DNA of 64,000 nt from a virus. Within the stretch, counting starts at the first letter, position 1. Each line of letters opens with the position of its first letter. Where the stretch lies: IMG/VR virus record IMGVR_UViG_3300034782_000053; one strand, given 5' to 3'. This document shows positions 44,217-53,938 of this stretch, one piece after another. Under the pieces are notes generated by a model. That model worked only from the letters and a program-made list of their open reading frames with translations. It was not told the origin of the DNA and made no database searches. Position numbers and translations under genes: made by a program.

Positions 44217-44669
44217 CTACGGCCTGTATAGATTCCCGAGACGACACAGCGGACAGCGGACTTCTTTCTCCCAACCGACCTTCGTAGCGTCCTCAGGATC
44301 GAGCAGGTCGTTGCCGAGCCAGTCCATTTCATCGAATTCGGCCTGAGAGAAGGCGGCGCCACACTGGTTGCACTGAAAATCAGGGTTTGGGTTGGTTGAG
44401 TCGATCGCTTTGAGGCAAGGATCGCAGTGAGCTTTCCCAGTTTCACGGTAATCGGCGCCCATGTCGGTGCCGCACCGAAGGCATTTCGTCCAGACATGAG
44501 CGTCGTCGGGCTCGTTCATCCAGCCTTCGCCTCGACCGACCAAGACTTCGGTGAAAAAACGGGTGGTGAGCAGCGGCGACGGGCAGTTTGCTGCGTAGAA
44601 GAGCGCTCGACGCAGGTAGGCGTTCTCTTCGCGGGCCTCGTCGAGTTGTATCAGTAGCTCACTGGACAT
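44217..44669 (-). CDS. multi-zinc-finger protein
   Basis: CLRCGTD, CDPC, CNQCG, CPLCR. Confidence 0.45.
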   Translation of the reverse strand: MSSELLIQLDEAREENAYLRRALFYAANCPSPLLTTRFFTEVLVGRGEGWMNEPDDAHVWTKCLRCGTDMGADYRETGKAHCDPCLKAIDSTNPNPDFQCNQCGAAFSQAEFDEMDWLGNDLLDPEDATKVGWEKEVRCPLCRLGNLYRP

Positions 44670-44684
44670 CGAACACGATCCTTT

Positions 44685-45434
44685 CTACTCGAAGTACACC
44701 CAGACAAGGGGCCGATTCCAGATTTCGACCTCCTTACGGTCCTTCACGCCCTGCTCAGTGTCCCTGAACAGCTCGAAATACCGTTTCGCGTAGTCGAAGG
44801 TCGTCAGGTAGAGCTTTTTGTTGCCGTAGGCGAATGGGACGAGGCGTGAGTATGGATCCGCACAGTAGATATGAGCCGCTTCGGTGACTCCTGGCCATTT
44901 CGGATTGAGAAAATCGTCTAGGATGGCAACGCCACCCCACCGCATCGATTGCTCAGCGAGCTTCAAGTCGTTCAGGGCGTGCGTTTTGGTGTGTCCGCCG
45001 TCGATGCTGAGCAGACGCAATCCCGCGTGAAGGCGACATCGGTTAAAGATAATGCTTCCAATGTATTCGGATGTCACAGACAGACTGTCGTTTTGAATCA
45101 GGTGGAGGAATTTCAGTTGGGGATCGTCTTTCAGTATCTCTCGGGCTGTTTCAGTGAAGCGACCAGCCGATGCACATCCTGATTTGTCGATATTGCGTTC
45201 CTGTTTATCGAACACGTCGATGGCGAACGAGTGCTCACCGACGTTAAAAGACTTCGCGAGGAGCGCTAGCGCGAAAAAAAACTGACCCTCATGTACGCCA
45301 ATTTCGCCGACGTGGCCGAAAATGCTGTGCTCACGTTGATAATCGTGGATGAGCTTGAGCGCAGTGAATGCCCCCTGTTCATTCCATCCGTCGATGTTAA
45401 ACCAGTGCTCTCGAACGTAGGTGTCGAAATCCAT
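44685..45434 (-). CDS. class I SAM-dependent methyltransferase (TylF/MycF-like O-methyltransferase fold)
   Basis: Motif I GEIGVHEGQFFFAL; internal ATG 45432-45434 overlaps PyrF stop (TAATG). Confidence 0.5.
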   Translation of the reverse strand: MDFDTYVREHWFNIDGWNEQGAFTALKLIHDYQREHSIFGHVGEIGVHEGQFFFALALLAKSFNVGEHSFAIDVFDKQERNIDKSGCASAGRFTETAREILKDDPQLKFLHLIQNDSLSVTSEYIGSIIFNRCRLHAGLRLLSIDGGHTKTHALNDLKLAEQSMRWGGVAILDDFLNPKWPGVTEAAHIYCADPYSRLVPFAYGNKKLYLTTFDYAKRYFELFRDTEQGVKDRKEVEIWNRPLVWVYFE

Positions 45435-46276
45435 TAGAAATCTCTCTGTTCTATCGCACCCTTGATTTGAGCCACGATCATGTCCGCCGCTTCTTCTGGA
45501 TTGTCGGCATCTCGGATCGGTCGACCGACGACGATATAGTCGGAGCCCTTCATTATGGCCTCGAACGGTGTCGCCTTGCGTTTCTGGTCGTCTTTTTTGG
45601 ATCCTTCGGGCCGAATACCCGGTGTGACGACCATCGGGCGCACCCAGCTCCCCAAAACGTCGGTATGTTCGAATACGTCGCTCCTGATGTCTGGAACTTC
45701 GAGTGGCGAAGCGACGATCGCGTCGCAGTTGTAGTGTGTGGCAACGCGAGCACGGGCGAGAACGCACTCCCGAGCCGTCTCGAAGTTGTCGACAGCTCGA
45801 ACATCCTCATCGCTCATGCTCGTCAGGGCTGTCACGGCGAAGATATGGATGTCTCCGGCAGCTCCAACGGCTGCTTTAAGCATCGAGGGACCGCCAGCGC
45901 AGTGCACGGTGATCGCTCGGACGCCGTGCTGAGGGTCCTGGAACTGCTTTATCGTCCTGGAGACGGTCGCAGGGATGTCGTGGAGCTTGAGATCGAGCAT
46001 GATCCGCGGCGTTCCATGTCCGAGGACGTTCATGATGGACGTCAGGCCCTTTCGTCCGATGGCCGAGTTCAATTCGAGGCCAACCTTGAACAGGCCGACC
46101 TCGTTTCTGAGTGTGCCGCAGAGGTTCAGAGCGTCGCTGAGAGTCGGAACATCGAGCGCGAAGATGAGGCGGTCCTTAGGTGTGAGCTTCGGAGCCGGTT
46201 TGTTCGTCGGCATTGAGAATTTCCTCCCTAAATGTGTTGAGCTGTGTACGAAAACACTCTTCCGGAGTGTCTCCAT
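45434..46276 (-). CDS. pyrF: orotidine-5'-phosphate decarboxylase
   Basis: DRLIFALDVPTLSDALNLCGTLRNEVGLFKVGLEL ... DLKLHDIPATV ... VVGRPI - canonical PyrF motifs; true start probably internal (MPTNKPAP, about 46213). Confidence 0.8.
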   Translation of the reverse strand: METLRKSVFVHSSTHLGRKFSMPTNKPAPKLTPKDRLIFALDVPTLSDALNLCGTLRNEVGLFKVGLELNSAIGRKGLTSIMNVLGHGTPRIMLDLKLHDIPATVSRTIKQFQDPQHGVRAITVHCAGGPSMLKAAVGAAGDIHIFAVTALTSMSDEDVRAVDNFETARECVLARARVATHYNCDAIVASPLEVPDIRSDVFEHTDVLGSWVRPMVVTPGIRPEGSKKDDQKRKATPFEAIMKGSDYIVVGRPIRDADNPEEAADMIVAQIKGAIEQRDF

Positions 46277-46384
46277 CTCGCGGAATGTGCCAAAAAGCGG
46301 GGTAGCCGGTGTGGTTCCAGATGATGTAGTTCAGCTCGTCGTCCGAGAGAGCTGGAAAAACCTCGCGGGCGATATCCAAAGCGC

Positions 46385-46840
46385 TCATGATCCCTCCTGC
46401 TCCCCCCTGGTCTCTTCCCAGTACTTCTTGGACTTCGCGATGACCTCGGCTCGCTCTTGTTCGGTCATGTCGTAAGGACTCGGGAAGTCCGGATGGACGC
46501 CAGTGTCGAGTCGTTCGCCCATGGGGCCGACGACGAGCGCTTCTTCAGCGAGCCGTATTGCGCTTTCTTTGGGATATTTGTCTGGGTCTTTGAGGATGAA
46601 AAGAATCCGGCGCAGCGCCTCGCGGTACGTCTGTCTTTCCTGCCATGCTTTTCCGCACGTCTCGCAGTATTTCGCTTCGTATCCGTCATGAGGACGCCCG
46701 CATGCGAAACATTCGTGCATCGGGTCTGTGTCCTCGTCTTTAATCTCTTCGATCTCGTCGCTCATGGTGTCCTCAGTTGTTCGGGTTCTTCTCCGCCTCC
46801 TGCTTGATCTCGTATTCCTCGAAGGGTTCGGTCTTGACAC
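46385..46840 (-). CDS. zinc-ribbon hypothetical protein
   Basis: CFACGRPHDGYEAKYCETCG. Confidence 0.4.
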   Translation of the reverse strand: MSRPNPSRNTRSSRRRRRTRTTEDTMSDEIEEIKDEDTDPMHECFACGRPHDGYEAKYCETCGKAWQERQTYREALRRILFILKDPDKYPKESAIRLAEEALVVGPMGERLDTGVHPDFPSPYDMTEQERAEVIAKSKKYWEETRGEQEGS

Positions 46841-47030
46841 CGAATTCTCGTAGGTGCTTGACCAACTGGTCGCACTTTTCTTTGAGCATCTGCGCAGCCG
46901 GCTCGGTGATGGGGTTATCTGACATTTCGTAGATGCGGATTTTTGCGAGGCCCCACACGATCTGAGCCATGCATGTTACCACCATGGTGATCCCCTCGTT
47001 GAATTCGCTCTGAGTCATCCGCTTCTTCAT
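46773..47030 (-). CDS. small hypothetical protein
   Basis: ORF (85 aa). Confidence 0.35.
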   Translation of the reverse strand: MKKRMTQSEFNEGITMVVTCMAQIVWGLAKIRIYEMSDNPITEPAAQMLKEKCDQLVKHLREFGVKTEPFEEYEIKQEAEKNPNN

Positions 47031-47551
47031 TTCATCGCAGCAAGAATATCATCCTCATCGTCGTCTTCGGTACGAATTTCCGTTGGGATACGTGCCCATA
47101 GCGCGACGTTCTCCAATTCATCGAGCGGCGTCGGCCCGCTGATCCAATTCGGGAAGACTACGAACTGTTTTCCGGCGCGGTCGTGGTAAATGACGGCGAC
47201 ACGAGCATCGGTCGGGTCCCCGCCGTGGTGCCCCTCTTCCCAAATGACGTAGTAGCCGCCGTTTCCGCCCGGTTTCTTTGAGGACCAGCTCAATTCTTCG
47301 GGATCGACCTCGGGGAGGGGCAGACGAGTCGCTGGTGAGTCGCAGGGCGTCGTCCCGTGAGGGTTGACGTCGATCCGGAGGAGCTTCGAGCACTCGCACT
47401 GGGTGACGAACGGCGAATAATTGACGCCGCACCCTGGGCACGTCCATCCCTTGAGCTGTTCTGCTTGCTTGGCGCAGCAGGTTCGGCAGAAAATACCGTT
47501 TACGGGGTCTCCCGTCGTTAGCTCATTCCCGCAACCAAGACATAAACCCAT
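47027..47551 (-). CDS. zinc-ribbon hypothetical protein
   Basis: CLGCGNE, CRTCC, CPGCG, CEC. Confidence 0.4.
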   Translation of the reverse strand: MGLCLGCGNELTTGDPVNGIFCRTCCAKQAEQLKGWTCPGCGVNYSPFVTQCECSKLLRIDVNPHGTTPCDSPATRLPLPEVDPEELSWSSKKPGGNGGYYVIWEEGHHGGDPTDARVAVIYHDRAGKQFVVFPNWISGPTPLDELENVALWARIPTEIRTEDDDEDDILAAMK

Positions 47552-47567
47552 CTCGGGCTCCTTTCTA

Positions 47568-47885
47568 TCAAGCCGCCTTTACCTTTTTTGTCGCGCGGCC
47601 GACGAGTAGCAGGTCTTCACGGTCAAGTGAGCAGACAGGGTGAGCACTGTTCGTCCGAAGGATGAAAAGTGAGTAGTGGTCGGGGTCATTTTTTCCGAGA
47701 GGACCACGGATGGTGAACCATTCACGTTTCATGAGGACAGCATGGGCAGTCTGTGTGCGCTCCAGCTTGTCCTTTGTGCGCTCCAGCTCCTTTTCCTTTT
47801 CAGCGAGCAGTTCCTGGACCCATTTCGGTTGCTTTGTGATGTCGTGAGTCATACCAGACCTCTCAGTAACTCTTCTGGGAAACAT
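47568..47885 (-). CDS. hypothetical protein
   Basis: ORF (105 aa). Confidence 0.4.
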   Translation of the reverse strand: MFPRRVTERSGMTHDITKQPKWVQELLAEKEKELERTKDKLERTQTAHAVLMKREWFTIRGPLGKNDPDHYSLFILRTNSAHPVCSLDREDLLLVGRATKKVKAA

Positions 47886-48087
47886 TGTTTCGCTTCCTCG
47901 GCGAGTCGCGCTCGCTCGGGAAGGTGCTCGGAAACGCAGTGGGTGATCGAAAGCCAGCAGACGATCTCCTGGCGGCTCATTTCGATGGCGATGAGCGGCC
48001 TCAGCTCGTTATTGATGGCATCCCAATCGTTGGCCCAGCAAAGATTATCGATGCGCTCGTAGATCTTGTCCCACTCGGCGTCGGTCA

Positions 48088-48483
48088 TTACTTCGCTCTC
48101 GTCGTCTTCATCAGGTTCTCGAAGATGTCAGCGGCGAGGAAGTTCGGGAACGTCTCTTCCTCGTTTTCTTCGTGGTAGTAGCCGCCGCAGGACTCGATCA
48201 GCTCGCGAACCCATCCGTCTACAGGACGTTTTTCGTCCCCGTGGGGTTCCAGCCACAGATCCAGGACAGTTTCCCGTGCCCATTCCCAGAAGGTTTGGGT
48301 GAACTCCGCCTCGAAAAAGCCGGTCTCGCGAGGACCGTCCGTGATCTTGAGCCAGCCCTTACGTTCGAGAGCCCTCGCTGACGGCAAATCTTCGCCAGGG
48401 CAGTCGAATCCGCTGTCCATCTTTCCTTGCGAGTCGTGGAGCAGCTCTTTGAGCAGCTTTTTCTGTAGTTCGGTGAGTTTCAT
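48088..48483 (-). CDS. hypothetical protein
   Basis: ORF (131 aa). Confidence 0.4.
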   Translation of the reverse strand: MKLTELQKKLLKELLHDSQGKMDSGFDCPGEDLPSARALERKGWLKITDGPRETGFFEAEFTQTFWEWARETVLDLWLEPHGDEKRPVDGWVRELIESCGGYYHEENEEETFPNFLAADIFENLMKTTRAK

Positions 48484-51400
48484 CAGCTCGCCTTTGGAAT
48501 AATGAAGTTGGTGCCACTGACCTGAGTATCGACCGTCATGACGGTTGCGGTCGAAGCGGTGGAGTTAGTGTCGAGATTGATAGTAACGAACTGAGCCCGG
48601 TCCACGATAACGTACTGGACCTTGCGCGCGTCGGCGTAGGCCTTCGGCGGGAAGTCATTGGGCATCGGAACGACCTGCGAGGCGCGGCGCCAGCGCGTTG
48701 GGCACTTGATCCGCATCCCGCTGCCGCACCGGACCTCTTTGATCGGTATCTTGCCGTCGACTTTCAGCATCTCCAGACCGACTTGCTCGTAGAGTCTGAT
48801 GAATGTCTCGATCCGATCAGACTGACCGGGCTTGTCCTTGGACTCGATAGAGTCGAAGACGATGATGTCTTTCTTTCGCCACGTCCAGGACTGCGCGACG
48901 ATGTTGTTCTCCTCGTCCTCGATGATGTAGATGGCGCCGTCAGGGCTCTTCGCTCCGTGCCAAGCACACTGCTTGGCGACGCCCATCGGATGCTGACAGC
49001 ATCCCGAGTGAATTCCGGCAAACACGCCTCTGGGATCGTTCCGGGAGAGCATACGCATCGTCAGGTTCTCGTGAACGACGGCGACGTCGGGGATGGTGGT
49101 CTCCACCTCCTTTGCGTCTAGCCACTCCTGTTCCATTTCGGGGTAGCGGTCCTCGGGGACGCCGGCCTTTCCCGCCTCGACGGCGAACTCCATGCTCTGA
49201 GCGTCCTTGTAGCGCTTGCGAGCGATGGTTTCGAGGAGGAGCTTGACTGGATATTCCTTCTCGTCAGCGTCGAGGTCGTTCCATCTCCTCGCAATCGTCT
49301 CCAGGTGTTCTACGCTGGCGGTGTAGTGCTCTCTCAGGTACTTTGCGAGCCCTGGCGATTTCTGAGGGGGAAGCCAGTGCGTCGCGTCGTGGAGCGTGAG
49401 CGCGGGTTCTCGCTGGTGACACATGCGGCGGATCCAGCCATGCCAATCCTCACCGAATATGATCGACATCGCGACGCCCGCGTGGCCCATGTCCATCTCA
49501 AAATTCTGCCGGATGCCGCGCTTCTTGCGAACTTTCTCCCTGTAGTCAGCAAGCGACGTGGTTTCCAGTTCCTTCTTGTTCCTGCGAAGGTTTTTCCTCA
49601 TGCGTCTCAGCGCGCTCTTGACCCGGTCTCGCATAACGATGTCGCGGAACTTTGGCTCCTTCTGCCTTGCAATCTCTTCTTCGAGTTCTCTCAACTCTCT
49701 CTCGTGTGTCGCGATCCCCTCTTCTATATTTCGAACTCTGTTGCGAGCCATATCTTGAAGATGGCTCGCGTGTTCGTCGATATACCGATCGTAGAACTCA
49801 TCAGTATTGAGGCGCTTCATGACTCGGATGAGCAGCCCAAGGTCGAGGTCACAAATCGCGTCTGTGGGGATCTGAGCAATGGCCGGGTTGTCGGGGAGGC
49901 GACCGAAGATCATCTGCCAGGCGTACCCATTGGCGGGTGCGAAGCGTTTGATGAACTCGACATCCGGTAGCGAGAGGAGCGTATCCAGCCAGTTCCAGTT
50001 CAAACGCTCCTTCGGATTTCTATGGCTATGGTTGGGAGCGTACTCTCCTCTAAGATGGTGCCCCGGATTCCGCAGAACAAGCCCACGGCTATAACGCCTG
50101 GTTGTGATGCCATAGTGGCGGCGTCGAGCAACGTATCTCCATTGGCCACGAGGACGAAAGCGCCTGAATCCTCTGCGCGTCCCTCCTCGTGGAACCTGAA
50201 TAGTTCGATGTCTGCCTCCAGGGAGCGCAAGGCGCCTTGTGGTTGTTTCCTTTGGCTGTTTTTTCTTCTTGCCACGCTCGGGAGGACAGTGCTTGGGTGC
50301 GTAGTGTTGAAATATCCAACGCAGGCGCCACTCCTGGTCACGACTCGCTTCGTGGAGGTGCCGAAAGATTCTTTTTTGGTCGCGCAGCGAGTAGTGATGA
50401 ACACGCTCGATCCAGATGAGTGACCAAATCAGCCCTGGAGATCGGTAGCGGTCTGGGATGCCTTTGAGCATCCGGATAGCTCGGCGAATGCTCGCCGGAC
50501 CCCGGCGCTCATATTCGCACTGGATTAGGTAGTAAATTTTCCTCCGAGCGGTCTTGTTGAGAGTGTTCGCAGACGGCATTCCTAGAGCGAGCCACAGCTC
50601 AAAAGCCATCGTGCGCTGAGATCCCTTGGCGTCGCCGCGTCGGTAGTAATTCTTCGCGTCCCTGATGCCAGAGTTGACGATCATGTAGAAGCGAAGAAAT
50701 CGGTTGAACAGCTTCTTGCCACTTACCCAGTCCTCGGGACGAATTCTCCTCCAGCCAGCTTTGAGCAAATGGAGAATCGCCTTGTCTCGTCGGATAACAG
50801 CCTTCTCGCGGTCTTTGAAAATCTGCTTGAAGGCGTTCAGCGCCTTCTCTGGATACTCGCTCTCGGGCTTGTTGGGGTCATAGACGTAGGTCTTCGATCG
50901 GCGCAGCTTCGTGCGAGCACCCCGTATCATTCGCCCGCTGCGCAATCTTCTGAACATAGAACGTCGCCGACCCTTGGGAAAATGCCACCAGCGCGCCGGC
51001 CTCCACTTCGGTTCGGGGAGATCCATGACGTCTGGGGCGATCGCCAGACACGCCTCGACGTACTCGTCGAGCGTCTGTCCATTGGGCGGCGCCTCCAGGT
51101 CGCTCAGGTAGGTGGGGTGCTGTTTTCCGCTGATGAGCGGAATGCCGCCATCCGGATGTGTCGACCAGAGCTTGCGCGGGAGATTCGCGGGGTCCCAGGC
51201 TGTACGGTTGTCCTCTGGTTCTTCTTTCTCCTCAGTAGGAGCGAAATACATTTCGTAGGAGTGCATCGCCTCGCCGTGCTGCTCGTATCGGTGGTCCTCG
51301 ATGAGCCGCATGTTGAGGTAGAACTCCAGCTCGTCCTGAAGTTCTTTGAACCGCTTGTAGCTCGTGGATTCGCGCATGTCGCCGCGGAGCCGAACGATGC

Positions 51401-51779
51401 CCATCGAAATCAGCTCATTGTAGATAGCGATCCAGTCCATTTTTGGGGAGCCGGGGAGCTTCGCGCGATCCCAGACGTATCCGCGCCCATGCCCGTGGTT
51501 GGCAACGAGCATGTACCAGCTCTCGCCGTCGCTCAGGACGATCAGCTTTTCAGGAGGGACGCCGCAGTAGTGCCGTGCGACGTCATCCCAGTCTTCGCAC
51601 CACTGCATGTGGTGGAAGTGCTCTGGGTAAGCGGCGCGTTCAATCTCCAGCATGCGCTGAAGAGAGATAGGGCGAGTATCGTTCATTCCCCCAACCTTAG
51701 AATGCATCAGCGATGTGCCACATGATGGCTTCTCTGATACGGACAACGCGCCCATCGGCGCAGCGAACTTTCCAGACAA
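48483..51779 (-). CDS. very large hypothetical protein (about 1098 aa)
   Basis: Continuous ORF. Central 120-residue Arg/Gly-rich segment (RRLALPGGRHRTIQVPRGGTRRGFRRFRPRGQWRYVARRRHYG...). C-terminal Cys/His cluster (GIHSGCCQHPMGVAKQCAWHG). No family recognised. Confidence 0.55.
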   Translation of the reverse strand: MSGKFAAPMGALSVSEKPSCGTSLMHSKVGGMNDTRPISLQRMLEIERAAYPEHFHHMQWCEDWDDVARHYCGVPPEKLIVLSDGESWYMLVANHGHGRGYVWDRAKLPGSPKMDWIAIYNELISMGIVRLRGDMRESTSYKRFKELQDELEFYLNMRLIEDHRYEQHGEAMHSYEMYFAPTEEKEEPEDNRTAWDPANLPRKLWSTHPDGGIPLISGKQHPTYLSDLEAPPNGQTLDEYVEACLAIAPDVMDLPEPKWRPARWWHFPKGRRRSMFRRLRSGRMIRGARTKLRRSKTYVYDPNKPESEYPEKALNAFKQIFKDREKAVIRRDKAILHLLKAGWRRIRPEDWVSGKKLFNRFLRFYMIVNSGIRDAKNYYRRGDAKGSQRTMAFELWLALGMPSANTLNKTARRKIYYLIQCEYERRGPASIRRAIRMLKGIPDRYRSPGLIWSLIWIERVHHYSLRDQKRIFRHLHEASRDQEWRLRWIFQHYAPKHCPPERGKKKKQPKETTTRRLALPGGRHRTIQVPRGGTRRGFRRFRPRGQWRYVARRRHYGITTRRYSRGLVLRNPGHHLRGEYAPNHSHRNPKERLNWNWLDTLLSLPDVEFIKRFAPANGYAWQMIFGRLPDNPAIAQIPTDAICDLDLGLLIRVMKRLNTDEFYDRYIDEHASHLQDMARNRVRNIEEGIATHERELRELEEEIARQKEPKFRDIVMRDRVKSALRRMRKNLRRNKKELETTSLADYREKVRKKRGIRQNFEMDMGHAGVAMSIIFGEDWHGWIRRMCHQREPALTLHDATHWLPPQKSPGLAKYLREHYTASVEHLETIARRWNDLDADEKEYPVKLLLETIARKRYKDAQSMEFAVEAGKAGVPEDRYPEMEQEWLDAKEVETTIPDVAVVHENLTMRMLSRNDPRGVFAGIHSGCCQHPMGVAKQCAWHGAKSPDGAIYIIEDEENNIVAQSWTWRKKDIIVFDSIESKDKPGQSDRIETFIRLYEQVGLEMLKVDGKIPIKEVRCGSGMRIKCPTRWRRASQVVPMPNDFPPKAYADARKVQYVIVDRAQFVTINLDTNSTASTATVMTVDTQVSGTNFIIPKAS

Positions 51780-51842
51780 CGTGCTGCCAGCGCGGAGGAG
51801 GAGGGCCAGCAGGCGACCTCAAACTTGCTTTCCAACATAAAA

Positions 51843-52127
51843 TCAAGTCCTGGTGTTGCTGATGTTCCCGTAGTCCCATGGTGGCACGTCCTCTCCACGC
51901 CGGTGCATTTCGACCCTGCGACGAATCTCGTCGGCCATCTCCTTGGAGATGTTGCCACTCCGTTCGCCCTCGTCTGCGGCTTGAAGCGCGATGCACTGAG
52001 CGCAGATCTTGGTGCCGTCTCCGCGGTCCATCATGTTCTCGTCGATGTCTCCGCACTCGATGCAGGCAACTCCGAACGTCTTGAACAGCGTCATCAGCGC
52101 TTGCCTCTGCTCCCTCTCACCTTCCAC
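51843..52127 (-). CDS. zinc-ribbon protein
   Basis: CIECGD ... CAQC. Confidence 0.4.
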   Translation of the reverse strand: MEGEREQRQALMTLFKTFGVACIECGDIDENMMDRGDGTKICAQCIALQAADEGERSGNISKEMADEIRRRVEMHRRGEDVPPWDYGNISNTRT

Positions 52128-52139
52128 CGTCAGCTCCCT

Positions 52140-52358
52140 TCAGTCCTCTTCGTCTGATCCGTCCTCGGCGACGTAGTAGTTGTTCTCGTTCCAGGGGCAC
52201 TGGTCTTTGAGCATGGCCATGCAACGGCGCACCGACCGCCCCGTCGTTCCGAAAGACGTGACCTCATGTCCGCAGCGCCCGCAGATGACGCGGACGCCTT
52301 CAACAGGCCCGTGGGCGCCTTCTAAGTCTTCGTAGTTGACCTCGCACTCGACTTTCAT
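52140..52358 (-). CDS. zinc-ribbon protein
   Basis: CGRCGHE ... C..C. Confidence 0.4.
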   Translation of the reverse strand: MKVECEVNYEDLEGAHGPVEGVRVICGRCGHEVTSFGTTGRSVRRCMAMLKDQCPWNENNYYVAEDGSDEED

Positions 52359-52381
52359 GAGAAATCTCCTTCTCCTGCGGC

Positions 52382-52570
52382 CTACTGTGGAAGCTCCACC
52401 TCGAAATACTTTTTACAGTGCGGGCACTTGTAGCCCTGGATATCGCCAGCAGGCCAGCCGTTCTTTTGCTCACCAACCTCATAGGCGTCCGGGTGCGCCC
52501 ATTGCCCCTCGTGTTCTGGGTTATCACGATCGTATGGCCGTTCCTTGGTGCAAATTCGTCGTTCAGACAT
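52382..52570 (-). CDS. zinc-finger protein
   Basis: C...KCPHCKKYF. Confidence 0.4.
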   Translation of the reverse strand: MSERRICTKERPYDRDNPEHEGQWAHPDAYEVGEQKNGWPAGDIQGYKCPHCKKYFEVELPQ

Positions 52571-53104
52571 TCAGCCCTCCTGCGCCACCTGAGCAGCGAT
52601 CGCCTGAAAGCGACGGTTGACCTCGGCCTTGACCGTCGCCTCGAAGGCGTCGTCGATGTTTTTCTTGACCGCCTTTTGAATCTCTTCGAGGAGCCTTAGG
52701 CGGGTCTTTTCGATGAGAGAAGTCCACTCCTCGCGGATTTCGGCCTTGACCGTCCTGAGGATGTCCTTCATCAGCGACTCCGCCTCCTCCTTGATGAGCT
52801 GCTTGAGCTTCTGGCACGTCGGATGCCGCTCGTCGAGGATGTACTGGTCGCGGCTGTTCCAGTGTGTCGACTTTTTCACCTTGATGGGGATTTGCGCCTG
52901 AAACTCCGCCTGGACGGCTTCCTTGATCTCGTCGAGCTTCGGCTGGAATGCCTGTGCGTTGACGAGTTTCTTCAGGTGCTTCTTCGCGAACGTCTGGACG
53001 ATGCATTCGCGAATCTTGATTTCGGCCTCGTTGTCGCCACCGATGAGGCGCTCCAGCCCGGCGAGGTCCAGTAGGATACGTGTCATGGGTCTCATTCCCT
53101 TCAT
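52571..53104 (-). CDS. hypothetical helical protein
   Basis: ORF (177 aa), Lys/Glu-rich predicted helices. Confidence 0.4.
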   Translation of the reverse strand: MKGMRPMTRILLDLAGLERLIGGDNEAEIKIRECIVQTFAKKHLKKLVNAQAFQPKLDEIKEAVQAEFQAQIPIKVKKSTHWNSRDQYILDERHPTCQKLKQLIKEEAESLMKDILRTVKAEIREEWTSLIEKTRLRLLEEIQKAVKKNIDDAFEATVKAEVNRRFQAIAAQVAQEG

Positions 53105-53223
53105 GCGATAGTTCTGTCTCCAAGTTCTCGTGGTCCATCTGTTCGATGACCTCGGTGGAGCGCGCGACTTTGCATTTTTCAGGGAATGTGTTGGCCATGG
53201 TTCGAGTCTTTACGTAAATGGTT

Positions 53224-53937
53224 TCATCTCTTACTTCTTATTGTGTTCAGCTTCTCGACGGTGGTACCGGTTGCTTCCGCATAGCAGGCGAGGCAGAGCG
53301 GCAAGTCCTTGCCTCGCGTCTTAACGTAGGCGACCTCGGTGGCGAGCCCGTGCGACTCATCGATAGCGCAGAAGTGCCAATCATCCTGTCTGACCTTTAC
53401 TTCGATGTCATCTTTGAGGCAGCCGGCGAATGGTGTCGTGTCGTATTTTCCGGCGCGAAGAAGCTGTTTCACGATCAGGTCTTCCAGCTCTTCGCCCTCG
53501 CGAACGTGAGCCATCCTGAATGAGACATTGATCTGGACAAAGCCGTGAATGACGCGACTGCCAGTCAGGTCGCTGAGTGCTTCCTGGCGCGCTTTCTCCT
53601 TCTTGCGCAGCTCCTCGATGTCAACCTCCTCTACTTTCTTGGCGTTCTTGAGGAGTCGTTTGGTACGCGTCTCATCTGCGTACCAACATTCTTGGCCGTA
53701 GATGATGAGGCCGTCCTTTTCGAGGCAAAACTTTTCCTGTCGGCTTTCGCTCTTGGCCCTCGTGGATCGACCGAGGTTGACATTGCTGCCATCGAACTCA
53801 CCGGCGACGGCAAGGCGTTCGATGGCAGCCTCGGAAAGCTCTTGGTCCCCGTGAAACCGAGCATATCCGAGAAAGCGCGCGATCTCTGAGTTGTAACTGA
53901 AGAATATACCGACTCGTTTGTCGCGTTTGAGTTTCAT
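53224..53937 (-). CDS. hypothetical protein
   Basis: Internal start MKLKRDKRVGIFF assumed. Confidence 0.4.
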   Translation of the reverse strand: MKLKRDKRVGIFFSYNSEIARFLGYARFHGDQELSEAAIERLAVAGEFDGSNVNLGRSTRAKSESRQEKFCLEKDGLIIYGQECWYADETRTKRLLKNAKKVEEVDIEELRKKEKARQEALSDLTGSRVIHGFVQINVSFRMAHVREGEELEDLIVKQLLRAGKYDTTPFAGCLKDDIEVKVRQDDWHFCAIDESHGLATEVAYVKTRGKDLPLCLACYAEATGTTVEKLNTIRSKR

Positions 53938-53938
53938 C

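Noticed and set aside
50769-51725. 318-aa plus-strand ORF (and many similar antisense ORFs, e.g. 13077-13670, 29192-29710, 19083-20000)
   Set aside because: Lie antisense or off-frame within long, motif-bearing genes; composition (Arg/Leu/Val-rich) is the signature of stop-poor alternative frames in GC-rich sequence.
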